DNA from: Acidobacteriota bacterium
GTDB lineage: Bacteria; Acidobacteriota; Blastocatellia; Pyrinomonadales; Pyrinomonadaceae
Direction of reading: 5' to 3'
Length of the DNA stretch: 64,000 nucleotides
Assembly: GCA_003697135.1 (NCBI GenBank)
Contig: RFGC01000038.1
Location: 162,320 to 226,319 of the forward strand
Below the pieces are notes generated by a model. The model was not told where the DNA came from. It made no database searches and saw only the letters and a list, made by a program, of their open reading frames with translations. Below, one piece after another: positions 42,585 through 51,819 of the stretch. Numbering within the stretch: position 1 is the stretch's first letter; each line of letters begins with the position of its first letter. The position numbers and the translations under genes are program-made.

Positions 42585-42863
42585 TTTTTCTACCTCTCCT
42601 TTGTATAAAGTTCCTCATAATGCCAAAAATCATGAAAATTTAATTTCATCCGATTCAACTTCGCCTCCAACAACAAATCAAAACCAGTGCTCTGAAAATC
42701 AGGTAATAACTTCGCAAAACTTTCGGCCACTTAATTCACATATCTCGCTTTGCCTCCGACTTCTTGCATTGCGCCTTACATCAGCTTTCGCTCTTAGCTC
42801 TCTCACCATTTCTTATACTCGCCTTTCCTTTTCGCTCACCAACATAAATTTATAACAATAAAA

Positions 42864-42876
42864 ACGAACGTCCGTT
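42864..42876 (-). promoter_or_regulatory. Candidate TetR operator copy A (AACGGACGTTCGT on the minus strand), upstream of the TonB receptor gene
   Basis: Identical 13-mer to 43590-43602, in inverted orientation. Near-palindrome ACGnACGTnCGT. On the sense strand a TATAAA lies about 10 nt downstream. Confidence 0.4.
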
Positions 42877-42918
42877 TTTGTTTGTTTAAATTTCAAAAAA
42901 CAGAAGATTCAAAATTTC

Positions 42919-43581
42919 TCAGGCTTTTTTCACGTATTCTCTTTTTATTTGGGAAAGTTTCTCGCTACTTAAAATTCCGTAACTGAACATTTTTGTTAAA
43001 AAGTTTAGGGCTTGTTCATCGCTCATGCCCAGATGAGAGTTACCGCCGAACAATTTTTCTACCAGAAAATAGTTAAAAAACTGCATGTAAGCGGCAGTGA
43101 AAGCACAAGCTGGATCGAGTCCCGGACGAACATCGCCTCTTTGAACTGCTCTTTGAAACTGATCTGCAAACTTACGCCTAAAGTTTTCCGCTAATCCGTC
43201 AAACATTTTACGAAAATGCCGATTTCTAAATTCCAAAACGTCAATATACATCAGAAGCCAAAAATCCGAGTGGGAATTAACCAACTCACCTATCTTTTCT
43301 CCCAAAAACCTTAAGCTCCTCGGCTCTATGGGATCATCAATCTCGTCGAGAATCTTTTTGAGCTTTTCATTCACGATCTTCAAATAATCGTTAATTATTG
43401 ACTCAAAAATAGCTTCCTTTGTCTCGAAATAATTATACAGATTACCCAAAGAAACATTGGCTTTCTTGGCAATATCACGCATCGAAGTTGCATGAAACCC
43501 GCGCTCTATGAATAATTCCTTCGCCGCTTTGGATATTAAAGCTTTTTTCTTCTCTATTTTTTGTCCATCAAGTTTCGGCAT
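42919..43581 (-). CDS. TetR/AcrR-family transcriptional regulator
   Basis: N-terminal HTH FHATSMRDIAKKANVSLGNLYNYFETKEAIF and a helical ligand-binding C-terminal domain. Confidence 0.92.
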   Translation of the reverse strand: MPKLDGQKIEKKKALISKAAKELFIERGFHATSMRDIAKKANVSLGNLYNYFETKEAIFESIINDYLKIVNEKLKKILDEIDDPIEPRSLRFLGEKIGELVNSHSDFWLLMYIDVLEFRNRHFRKMFDGLAENFRRKFADQFQRAVQRGDVRPGLDPACAFTAAYMQFFNYFLVEKLFGGNSHLGMSDEQALNFLTKMFSYGILSSEKLSQIKREYVKKA

Positions 43582-43589
43582 CTTCTATG

Positions 43590-43602
43590 AACGGACGTTC
43601 GT
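43590..43602 (+). promoter_or_regulatory. Candidate TetR operator copy B, 9-21 nt upstream of the tetR start codon
   Basis: AACGGACGTTCGT lies in the divergent tetR-thiD intergenic region. An extra half-site GTCCGT is at 43622-43627. Confidence 0.4.
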
Positions 43603-43751
43603 ATTTATTAACTCATTTTTTGTCCGTTGTCAAGTGAAAAAACAAAAATCAAATGCAAAGCATCAATTTCTTCAAAAACTGAAAAACTTTATCTTAAACC
43701 TAATTTCAAAATTTGCTCTTTAAGTTTTTAGCCTTGTATTCTTTGAATTTG

Positions 43752-44591
43752 ATGGAAAAGCAAAAGGTTTGTTTAACGATAGCCGGACTTGATCCTTCTG
43801 GTGGAGCTGGGATAATTGCCGACATAAAAGCGTTCCGAGCTTTCGGATGCTTTGCCACAGCCGCCATAACTTCAATAACTTTCCAAAACACTCAAGGCGT
43901 CTTCGGAGCTGTTCATCAAACTGCCGAGACCGTGCGAAAACAAATCTTGCCAATCTTGGAAGACTTTGAGGTTGCATCTGTAAAAACGGGAATGCTACCG
44001 ACAAGGGAAATCATAGAAGAAGTTGCGGAAATAATAAGCAAGAATAATATCAAAAATTTCATTGTTGACCCGGTCGTTCGTTCAACTTCCGGTTACGACT
44101 TGATTGATGATGAATCGCTGAAAGCCTTAATTGATAAACTCTTTCCGCTGGCTTCGATTGTCACTCCGAACATACCAGAAACTGAACGAATTTGCGGAAT
44201 GAAAATCCAAAGACTAGAAGACTTTGACAAAGCGGCTCTCAAAATCGTATCAATGGGCGCAAAAGCGGTTTTGATAAAGGGCGGACACCTTTACTTTGAA
44301 AAAATCGAAAGGTCACTGAAGCCAATCTACATAAGTCCCAAAGCCCGAAGATCGGCTCGAAAAGCAGTAGATTTGCTTTTTTTCGATGGAGAAAGAAAAG
44401 CTTTTGTTGCTGAATACATAGAAACGAAAGCTACTCACGGAACCGGTTGCACTTTAGCATCGGCAATTGCCGCAGGGCTGGCTTTGGGAAAGAATTTGCA
44501 AGAAGCCGTTTTTGAAGCTAAAAAATTCGTCACCAATGCCATACTTACGTCTCCAAACATAGGCAAAGGCTTTCCGCCCATAAATGTTTAG
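43752..44591 (+). CDS. thiD: Hydroxymethylpyrimidine/phosphomethylpyrimidine kinase
   Basis: LTIAGLDPSGGAGIIADIKAF, VKTGML, GGH and THGTGCTLASAIAA motifs. Start set at ATG 43752 (MEKQKV...). Confidence 0.93.
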   Translation: MEKQKVCLTIAGLDPSGGAGIIADIKAFRAFGCFATAAITSITFQNTQGVFGAVHQTAETVRKQILPILEDFEVASVKTGMLPTREIIEEVAEIISKNNIKNFIVDPVVRSTSGYDLIDDESLKALIDKLFPLASIVTPNIPETERICGMKIQRLEDFDKAALKIVSMGAKAVLIKGGHLYFEKIERSLKPIYISPKARRSARKAVDLLFFDGERKAFVAEYIETKATHGTGCTLASAIAAGLALGKNLQEAVFEAKKFVTNAILTSPNIGKGFPPINV

Positions 44592-44773
44592 TTAACAAAG
44601 GCACAACAATACGGCTTTCAAGCAAAACTATCAAGCCAAAAATAAAGCAATCTGCTCTCCTTGCGCTTTTTGCCTCGTGTGTTTTTTATCATGTTTTCGA
44701 TTAAGTCTTTTCAACAAGCTTTCCTGATTATTTCTATCAGTTAAAGCTATTGCTCTAAAATCAATCAAGTGTT

Positions 44774-44808
44774 AAACTCATTTTTGCTGTTTAATGAAAA
44801 ATGAGTTT
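44774..44808 (+). promoter_or_regulatory. Perfect 12-bp hairpin enclosing the yvcK start codon
   Basis: AAACTCATTTTT (44774-44785) pairs with AAAAATGAGTTT (44797-44808), with an 11-nt loop. The ATG at 44801-44803 lies inside the 3' arm. One more A-U pair is possible outside. Confidence 0.4.
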
Positions 44809-45814
44809 AGAGTTTGGAAAGGGGTTAAAACTAGTAGCGATTGGCGGTGGCACAGGGCTTTCGACGTTACTTTCAGGGCTGAAAATTTTTGTTAGGAACC
44901 CTGAAAAGCCAGTATGGCTGGAAGAGCTATCAGCCATCGTGGCTGTTTCCGATGATGGCGGTAGTTCAGGAAGATTAAGAGATGAGTTTCAGGTTTTGCC
45001 ACCGGGCGATATTCGTAACTGCATTGTTGCGCTTTCAGAAGATTCCTTGCTACTTTCAAAACTCTTCAAATACCGATTTCGCAGTAACGGCGAGCTTGGC
45101 GGTCACAGCTTCGGAAATCTTTTTCTGATAGCTTTGACAGAAATAACCGGAGACTTTACTGAAGCTATAAAACTTTCTTCAGAGATTTTGGCAACCAAAG
45201 GACATATCTATCCTGCGACAACTACTGACGTTAGGCTCATCGCTGAACTTGAAAATGGAAGTTTTGTGAAAGGTGAAACAAACATAAGCAAAACTCACGG
45301 TAAGATTAAACGTTTGAAACTTGAACCAGAAAATTGTAAAGCCTTGCCTGAAGCCTTGAAAGCCATAGAAGAAGCTGATTTGATAACCATTGGCCCCGGC
45401 TCTCTCTACACAAGTCTTCTACCACCGCTTTTGGTCAAAGACATTGCTGAAGGGATTGAGAAATCCAAAGCATTGAAAATTTTTATCTGCAACTTGATGA
45501 CTCAACCCGGTGAAACAGATGGATATTCAGCGCAAAAACATCTGGAAGTAATTTACAATCATGTTCCGAGCATCAAGTTCGACTACCTTATCTTAAACAA
45601 TCGTCCGATAAGTCAGTTGCAAGCTGAACTTTATGCGAAGGAAGGAGCGGAGCAAATTGATTTTTTGAGTATAAACGAAGTTTTGCCCAAAGAAACAAAA
45701 ATCATAGCTGAGGATTTGCTTGATGAAAGCGATAAAGTGCGCCATAATCCTGAAAAGCTTGCTCTCTCGGTGCTGAATTGTTTTTCAAAAACTCTGAGCA
45801 AAGGAAATTCCTAA
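44801..45814 (+). CDS. yvcK: YvcK/GlmR-family (UPF0052, CofD-like) gluconeogenesis / cell-wall precursor regulator
   Basis: LVAIGGGTGLSTLLSGLK, VSDDGGSSGRLR, GPGSLYTSLLP. Confidence 0.9.
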   Translation: MSLEFGKGLKLVAIGGGTGLSTLLSGLKIFVRNPEKPVWLEELSAIVAVSDDGGSSGRLRDEFQVLPPGDIRNCIVALSEDSLLLSKLFKYRFRSNGELGGHSFGNLFLIALTEITGDFTEAIKLSSEILATKGHIYPATTTDVRLIAELENGSFVKGETNISKTHGKIKRLKLEPENCKALPEALKAIEEADLITIGPGSLYTSLLPPLLVKDIAEGIEKSKALKIFICNLMTQPGETDGYSAQKHLEVIYNHVPSIKFDYLILNNRPISQLQAELYAKEGAEQIDFLSINEVLPKETKIIAEDLLDESDKVRHNPEKLALSVLNCFSKTLSKGNS

Positions 45815-45917
45815 AACTTTTCTGAAAATGTGCTCTGGCAGTTAGGCAAAAACGCGATTTTTTGGAATTCTTTTTTAGAGTGGTAAATTCTCATCAATCG
45901 AAAACAAGGAAAAAAAT

Positions 45918-47369
45918 ATGGAGGTTTCGCATATTCAATCGAATTTGAACATCTTGATATTAGCGGCAGGTTTAGGAACAAGGATGCGCTCAAAGGTTGC
46001 AAAAGTTTTGCATCGTCTTGGTGGGCGTCCGATGATAAATTATGTTTGTCAGACAGCGATGGCGCTAATGCCTGAAAAAATTTACGTTGTTATCGGATAC
46101 CAAGGCGAAGAAGTAAAGGGAGCAATTTTGAAAGAGCTTGACGAAAGCTTGGTTGAGTTTATTTGGCAAGAAGAACAGTTAGGCACGGGACATGCTGTAA
46201 ATACCGCACGCAAGTTTTTTGAAGGCAAAGACACGACTATTTTAGTTCTATCAGGAGACGTTCCTTTGATTCGTCCCACAACCTTAGCCGCTTTGATTCA
46301 AAAACATCGCACCCACAGAGGTAAAGGCGCCGCTTGCACCATCTTGACAGTTAAACTCGACGATCCGACAGGTTATGGAAGAATCGTTCGCGACGAAACC
46401 GGTCTTTTCAGCCGAATTGTAGAGCAAAGAGATGCAAGCGAAGAAGAAAAGCAAATTAAGGAAATAAACACAGGTATTTACTGCTTCAATTCGACAAAGC
46501 TTTTTGAGGCTTTATCAAAGGTTGGTAACGAAAACGCTCAAAAAGAATACTACCTAACAGATGTTCCGCACATTCTAATCGAAGCAGGCGAAAGCGTCGC
46601 TCTTTATCAACACAATGATCCCAAAGAAGTAGCAGGCGTCAACAATCGAATGGAACTAGCTGAAATGGAAAGAATTCTACAACGTCGCATAATCAAGCGA
46701 TTGATGCTTGACTGTGGCGTAACCTTCATTGACCCAAACGCGGTTTATATCAATGATGAAGTTTTGATAGGTCAAGATACTATCGTTTATCCGAACGTTA
46801 TAATCGAGGGAAAAACTGAGATTGGCGAAGGTTGCATTATCAGATCGGGAACGAGAATATCAAACTCAAAAATCGGCAAAGACGTCGAAATTTTAGATAA
46901 TTGCTTGATTGTTGATTCAGAAATCGCTGATGGATGCGTCATTGGCCCGATGGCACATTTGCGTGGTAAGGCAAAGCTAAAGCAAAAAGTTAAGATCGGC
47001 AACTTCGTTGAGGTGAAAAACACAACTATCGGCGAAGGTTCAAAAGCTAGTCATCTAACATATCTTGGCGATGCAACTATTGGAACAAATACAAATATCG
47101 GAGCCGGAACAATTACTTGTAACTATGATGGAAAGCAAAAGCACCCAACCCACATAGGCGATAACGTCAAGATCGGTTCAGACACAATGCTGGTTGCACC
47201 CGTGAAAGTTGGTGATAATGCCGTAACCGGCGCGGGAAGTGTTGTAATCGAAGACGTGCCACCAAATTCACTTGTCGTTGGCGTTCCGGCAAAGGTTAAA
47301 AAGATTCTCAAGCAGGAAGAATCTAACGCAGAAGAATTAGTCGAAACAGGATCGAAAAAAGAAGTTTGA
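45918..47369 (+). CDS. glmU: Bifunctional UDP-N-acetylglucosamine pyrophosphorylase / GlcN-1-P acetyltransferase
   Basis: [23 protein letters not shown], and C-terminal left-handed beta-helix hexapeptide repeats. Confidence 0.96.
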   Translation: MEVSHIQSNLNILILAAGLGTRMRSKVAKVLHRLGGRPMINYVCQTAMALMPEKIYVVIGYQGEEVKGAILKELDESLVEFIWQEEQLGTGHAVNTARKFFEGKDTTILVLSGDVPLIRPTTLAALIQKHRTHRGKGAACTILTVKLDDPTGYGRIVRDETGLFSRIVEQRDASEEEKQIKEINTGIYCFNSTKLFEALSKVGNENAQKEYYLTDVPHILIEAGESVALYQHNDPKEVAGVNNRMELAEMERILQRRIIKRLMLDCGVTFIDPNAVYINDEVLIGQDTIVYPNVIIEGKTEIGEGCIIRSGTRISNSKIGKDVEILDNCLIVDSEIADGCVIGPMAHLRGKAKLKQKVKIGNFVEVKNTTIGEGSKASHLTYLGDATIGTNTNIGAGTITCNYDGKQKHPTHIGDNVKIGSDTMLVAPVKVGDNAVTGAGSVVIEDVPPNSLVVGVPAKVKKILKQEESNAEELVETGSKKEV

Positions 47370-47370
47370 T

Positions 47371-49233
47371 ATGTGCGGGATTGTAGGATACGTCGGAGAT
47401 AAGCAAGTAGTTCCGCTTCTTTTAGAAGGTTTAAGGAAGCTGGAATATCGTGGTTACGATTCGGCAGGAATTGCCGTAGTTGACGACAAAGGGAATCTTT
47501 GGATTCGGCGAGCAGAAGGAAAACTGCGAAATCTCGAAGAAGCCATAAGACTGAATCCAATTGAAGGAAATTACGGGATTGGACACACGCGCTGGGCAAC
47601 TCACGGAAGACCTACTGAAGAAAATGCGCATCCGCATCGAGATCAATCAGGGCGCGTCGTCGTGGTTCATAACGGCATTATCGAAAACTATATGCAACTC
47701 AAAGAGAAACTTATCGAAGCAGGAAGCGAATTCAAAACAGAGACAGACACCGAAGTCATTGCTCACCTCATCGGCTACTACAAAAACAGCGATGGACTTT
47801 GCCTCGAGGAAGCCGTCCGCAAGGCAGTCAAAGAGCTTAAAGGCATATTTGCTTTGGCGATAATATCCGCTGATGAACCCGATACAATAGTTGCTGTCAG
47901 GGAAGGTGCGCCAGTAGTCATAGGGCTTGGTGATGGTGAATTCTTCGTTGCTTCCGATATTCCGCCAATTTTGCAACATACGCGAGATGTTCTCTACTTG
48001 GGCGAAAGAGAACTAGCCGTTATAACAAAAGACTCGGTTAAGGTTACGGATTTTGATGGAAATCCGGTAGAACCGAAGCGCCAGCGAATCAACTGGGACC
48101 CGATTGCGGCGGAAAAAGGCGGATTTAAGCATTTCATGCTGAAAGAAATCTACGAACAACCTCGCGCCGTTCGAGATACGGTTAGCGGACGCATTTCTTT
48201 GGATACAGGGAAAATTTATCTCGACCCAATGGACATTACCGAAGAAGAATTTAGAAACTTTACCTCAATAAAGATAGCGGCATGTGGAACATCTTGGCAT
48301 GCGGCGCTTGCCGGAAAATACATGATCGAGGCACTAGCCAGAATCCCCGTCGAAGTTGACTATGCCTCTGAGTTTCGGTATCGAAATCCCGTGCTAGACG
48401 AAAAAACTTTGATGATGGTTATATCGCAATCAGGCGAAACTGCCGACACTATAGCCGCAATGAGAGAGGCAAAAAATGCAGGATGCCGATGCCTAGCCAT
48501 CTGCAATGTTCAGGGTTCGATGATTGATAGAGAATCAGATGGCACTATTTTAACTCACGCAGGGCCTGAAATCGGCGTTGCTTCTACAAAAGCTTTCACG
48601 GCGCAGATGATTGCTCTTTATCTCTTCGCCTTGTATTTGGCAGAGTTGCGCGGGAAAATTAGCCTGGAAGATTCTAAAATCCATGCTCAAAAGATCGCAG
48701 AATTGCCACTAAAGATTGAGCATATTCTAAACGACGTTGATTCAATCGAAGAACTTTCAAAGGAATTCTTCAGATCGCAAGACTTTCTATATCTTGGGCG
48801 CGGCATAAACTTTCCTGTAGCACTTGAAGGCGCATTGAAACTAAAGGAAATTTCATACATTCATGCAGAAGGCTATCCTGCAGGTGAGATGAAACATGGT
48901 CCAAATGCTTTGATTGATGAGAAACTCCCCGTAGTAATCATAAACACCAAAGAGAGAGGAAACCCTGCTTCAGAGTTAAGATATGAAAAAACCCACTCAA
49001 ACATTGTTGAAGTAAAGGCACGCGACGGCATCGTGATTTCGGTTTTGACGGAAGGAGACGACATGAGTGCAAAAGTTTCAGATTATGTTATAGAAATTCC
49101 TGAAACAGCCGATCTTTTGTCGCCGATTTTGTCAATAGTTCCGCTTCAACTTCTAGCTTATCATATCGCTGTTCGGCGAGGTTGCGACGTTGATCAACCG
49201 AGAAATCTTGCAAAATCGGTTACGGTTGAATAG
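47371..49233 (+). CDS. glmS: Glutamine--fructose-6-phosphate aminotransferase
   Basis: [10 protein letters not shown]-terminal nucleophile, two SIS domains and the C-terminal ...LAKSVTVE. Confidence 0.97.
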   Translation: MCGIVGYVGDKQVVPLLLEGLRKLEYRGYDSAGIAVVDDKGNLWIRRAEGKLRNLEEAIRLNPIEGNYGIGHTRWATHGRPTEENAHPHRDQSGRVVVVHNGIIENYMQLKEKLIEAGSEFKTETDTEVIAHLIGYYKNSDGLCLEEAVRKAVKELKGIFALAIISADEPDTIVAVREGAPVVIGLGDGEFFVASDIPPILQHTRDVLYLGERELAVITKDSVKVTDFDGNPVEPKRQRINWDPIAAEKGGFKHFMLKEIYEQPRAVRDTVSGRISLDTGKIYLDPMDITEEEFRNFTSIKIAACGTSWHAALAGKYMIEALARIPVEVDYASEFRYRNPVLDEKTLMMVISQSGETADTIAAMREAKNAGCRCLAICNVQGSMIDRESDGTILTHAGPEIGVASTKAFTAQMIALYLFALYLAELRGKISLEDSKIHAQKIAELPLKIEHILNDVDSIEELSKEFFRSQDFLYLGRGINFPVALEGALKLKEISYIHAEGYPAGEMKHGPNALIDEKLPVVIINTKERGNPASELRYEKTHSNIVEVKARDGIVISVLTEGDDMSAKVSDYVIEIPETADLLSPILSIVPLQLLAYHIAVRRGCDVDQPRNLAKSVTVE

Positions 49234-49238
49234 AGAAT

Positions 49239-49946
49239 CTATCTCTCAATCGGAACTGTTAAGCTATCGTTTTCTGGGATTTTTTTCTGGTTGAAATTGA
49301 TAGTTGTAGCGTTACTGCCGCGAAACAAGGGCGTGAAAATCCATTTTGAATGATTCTCTATTCCGTAATATGCAATGACAGACTTTGCCCTGCTTTGACT
49401 TACTACACCCACAAACGGAGAACTATCGGTTCTTAATTCTGAATATCCCAAATCAGTATCTTCTGATGAATCTTCGCTTTCATCAGGTTCCGTGTCTGTT
49501 GAAGTTATGAACACACCAACTTGGTTGAGTATGTTTGGATGAACATTTTCCGACGAAGGCAAAGCACCGCCCATGTGATTCTGTACTCTGCGAGCAAATT
49601 TTCTCAATACAGGGCTTTCAGGTCCGACTAAAAGCCATTTGCCGTCTTCGCTCAGTGGATCAATGGCTGCTGACGGACGCAAAATCTGTCTTCTTTTAGT
49701 GCCTTGCGGCAAGCCTTCCAGAAGGTCTTCTATTGAACTTGGAAGCCTCGTGCCTTGATAGAAGTTTATGTATTCACGAATTGCTTCAGCAACCTCCTCG
49801 CCACGTCTGATAGCCTCCAACTCCTTTTGACGCTGGACCTCTTGCTGAATGCTAGGCGCTACCGCAAGCATTGCTAACGAGAAAAGCGTCATCATCACAA
49901 TCAATGTTGTTGTAGTGTATCCGCGCTCACTTAATCCCATCTTCAT
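49239..49946 (-). CDS. GspG-like pseudopilin with an atypical prepilin leader
   Basis: MKMGLSERG/YTTTTLIVMMTLFSLAMLAVAP hydrophobic N-helix, then a GspG-like body (AIREYINFYQGTRLPSSIEDL...IDPLSEDGKW). The start is uncertain (ATG 49946, 49940, 49952 or 49997). The +5 Glu is absent. Confidence 0.68.
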   Translation of the reverse strand: MKMGLSERGYTTTTLIVMMTLFSLAMLAVAPSIQQEVQRQKELEAIRRGEEVAEAIREYINFYQGTRLPSSIEDLLEGLPQGTKRRQILRPSAAIDPLSEDGKWLLVGPESPVLRKFARRVQNHMGGALPSSENVHPNILNQVGVFITSTDTEPDESEDSSEDTDLGYSELRTDSSPFVGVVSQSRAKSVIAYYGIENHSKWIFTPLFRGSNATTINFNQKKIPENDSLTVPIER

Positions 49947-50997
49947 TATCATCTTCGTCTTCCATTTCTTGTTTCTTACGTTGATTTGGTGGAACATAAC
50001 GTGGTATGTTCGGCGGAATACCAGGGATAACCTCCGTGTTCGGAGGATTTACAGGATTTGGCGGATTCACAGGCGGCGGTGCGTACACTATATCTGGCGG
50101 AAATCCCGGCGGCGGATTAAATGTTCGTGGTTGTTGAGCCGAAACACCGCCTTGAGCCATCGCCAATTTGTGACGAAAGCCTAAATAAATGTCTTCCAAG
50201 ACGACCTCTTTTGAAGAGATACTCACCAAGCGAAATCTTTCACCTACAACATCATTCAATCTCGCTCCAAAAGGTTCTTTGTCTCCTTCTTGAAAATAAG
50301 CAGTGTCATTGTTATAGCTTCTGCGAGCAATCAAACCAACATATTTGAATTGTGGTCTCGGTGGTGGCTGAACATTCAATATAAGAGGCAGTGAGTAAAG
50401 CTTTCCGTCCGGTGAACGAACTTCAATCCTCGCCGCTCCTTCGTTGGCTATCAAAGTTGCTGGAACGTCTGCTGTCAAAACTTGTGAATTCACAAAGTTA
50501 GTTGGAAGCTGTATTCCGTTCCAGAAAATATATGTGTCAGGTGTGAAATTTGCACCACTGACTTGCAGTTTAAGAGACTTTGTGCCTGCATAAACACTTT
50601 GCGGCGTGATTGAAGTAAGCGTTAAGGGTGGAGTTGGCGTCGGTTTTGGAAGTTCTACAGTGGGAATCGGTGTTGGTTGAAATGGATCAGGCGGTGGCGG
50701 CTCGTAGAATGCAAAAATGTTTCTCGTTGGCTCTGGTGCTAAAAATGCCGATGGATTGTAGGAAACGGGCGTTGTTAACCAATAAGAATTTATATCATCT
50801 TGATTCAGCGGCTGTGGCCTTTCAGCATCCTTAGTCGGCGAAGGTGTTTGCCTGGCGCTTGCACTAGTAGTTTTCTTGCCACTGACAAAAAAACCACTGA
50901 GCGTATAGGTTAGCGAAACCACCGCCAGAATGCCTAAAACCACTGCTAAAATTATCTTGTTCTTCTCTTTCTGGCTTTTTCCTTCAAGAAATTTCAT
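49927..50997 (-). CDS. PilP-like protein with an inserted IPT/TIG-like domain and Pro-rich linkers
   Basis: TM anchor and Pro-rich spacer. IPT-like ITPQSVYAGTKSLKLQVSGANFTPDTYIFWNG. PilP-like beta domain FKYVGLIARRSYNNDTAYFQEGDKEPFGARLNDVVGERFRLVSISSKEVVLED. Confidence 0.65.
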   Translation of the reverse strand: MKFLEGKSQKEKNKIILAVVLGILAVVSLTYTLSGFFVSGKKTTSASARQTPSPTKDAERPQPLNQDDINSYWLTTPVSYNPSAFLAPEPTRNIFAFYEPPPPDPFQPTPIPTVELPKPTPTPPLTLTSITPQSVYAGTKSLKLQVSGANFTPDTYIFWNGIQLPTNFVNSQVLTADVPATLIANEGAARIEVRSPDGKLYSLPLILNVQPPPRPQFKYVGLIARRSYNNDTAYFQEGDKEPFGARLNDVVGERFRLVSISSKEVVLEDIYLGFRHKLAMAQGGVSAQQPRTFNPPPGFPPDIVYAPPPVNPPNPVNPPNTEVIPGIPPNIPRYVPPNQRKKQEMEDEDDNEDGIK

Positions 50998-51013
50998 AAA
51001 AACCCGCTCCTTT

Positions 51014-51817
51014 TCACATGTTGGCGAAGCTAGAAATCGAAGGTCGCCTGAAATAAGATGCCAGTTCTATTTTCAGACTCACAACTTCGCCACTTATTTT
51101 TCCTTTTGATTGATTCGATTGAACAAACCCACCGTAGGGTGGATTATTCACAACACCAGGCTTTGTCAATGTATTCACCTCACCGGGCCTCGTAAACGGT
51201 TGATTTGAAACTTCTTCTGATTGTCCCTCTGGAGAAATTTCTTGTTGCCTGCTTGAAGGCTCAAGCTCGATAGAGGCAATAATCGTAAACTGACTACCTG
51301 CTTCTATGTCTCGTATAAACTTGCGCAAGTTGCTGTAAGTTCCTTCAACCGTCATCGTCACGTAAACACCCGGAAAGAGGCTTTGAAAACGGCTTCTTCC
51401 TCGCTCCTCAGCTTGAGACTGCCTAGTGACAATGTCAAGAGGAGCATAATCAGGCCCTGAAGTGTTTACGAGTTTGTATTGTGAGATCAAACTATTCAAG
51501 CGCTGATAAAGCGCAGTCCGCCCAAAATCCGCAACAGGTAAATATCTGATCTCGAAATCTTCGACACTCTTCACCAAAGCATTTATCTGCTCTTCGGTTG
51601 TAGTGAAACTTCTGTATTTTTGGCTTTCTACTTCAAGCTCCACTTGTAGCCTGTTTCTCTCTGATATATTCTGCTTAAGACTCCTTTCTTCTGGTAAAAC
51701 CGCAAACACATAAAAGAGTATTGACAAAATTAAGAATACTGCGGAAACTGCAACAACTATGATTTCCGTCTTGCCCCAAGGCTTAAGATTGACCCTCCGC
51801 TGTTTGGCTTCAGCCAT
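51014..51817 (-). CDS. pilO: PilO-like type IV pilus assembly protein
   Basis: Single TM, coiled coil, then a ferredoxin-like core YVTMTVEGTYSNLRKFIRDIEAGSQFTIIASIELEP. Confidence 0.72.
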   Translation of the reverse strand: MAEAKQRRVNLKPWGKTEIIVVAVSAVFLILSILFYVFAVLPEERSLKQNISERNRLQVELEVESQKYRSFTTTEEQINALVKSVEDFEIRYLPVADFGRTALYQRLNSLISQYKLVNTSGPDYAPLDIVTRQSQAEERGRSRFQSLFPGVYVTMTVEGTYSNLRKFIRDIEAGSQFTIIASIELEPSSRQQEISPEGQSEEVSNQPFTRPGEVNTLTKPGVVNNPPYGGFVQSNQSKGKISGEVVSLKIELASYFRRPSISSFANM

Positions 51818-51819
51818 AA

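Noticed and set aside
42699-42809. A 36-aa highly basic minus-strand ORF (MVRELRAKADVRRNARSRRQSEICELSGRKFCEVIT) in the receptor leader.
   Set aside because: It has no properly spaced Shine-Dalgarno. Its basic composition is what a purine-rich sequence gives in any frame. It cannot be distinguished from chance.
42585-42918. A cobalamin or other riboswitch upstream of the TonB-dependent receptor. Some short stretches (GGTGAGAG..., GCTGATGTAAGG, GAAGTCGGAGGC) loosely recall B12-element segments.
   Set aside because: There is no convincing B12 box (GCCACTG-type). The strong purine skew leaves few pairing partners for the conserved helices. The resemblance is too weak to call without a covariance-model search.
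43582-43751. A TPP (THI-box) riboswitch upstream of thiD.
   Set aside because: The conserved CTGAGA and ACCTGATCTGGATAATGCCAGCG-type elements are absent. The region is A/T-rich promoter-like DNA.
45815-47371. A glmS ribozyme upstream of glmS.
   Set aside because: glmS starts 1 nt after the glmU stop, so there is no leader. The 103-bp region upstream of glmU shows no ribozyme-like conserved core.
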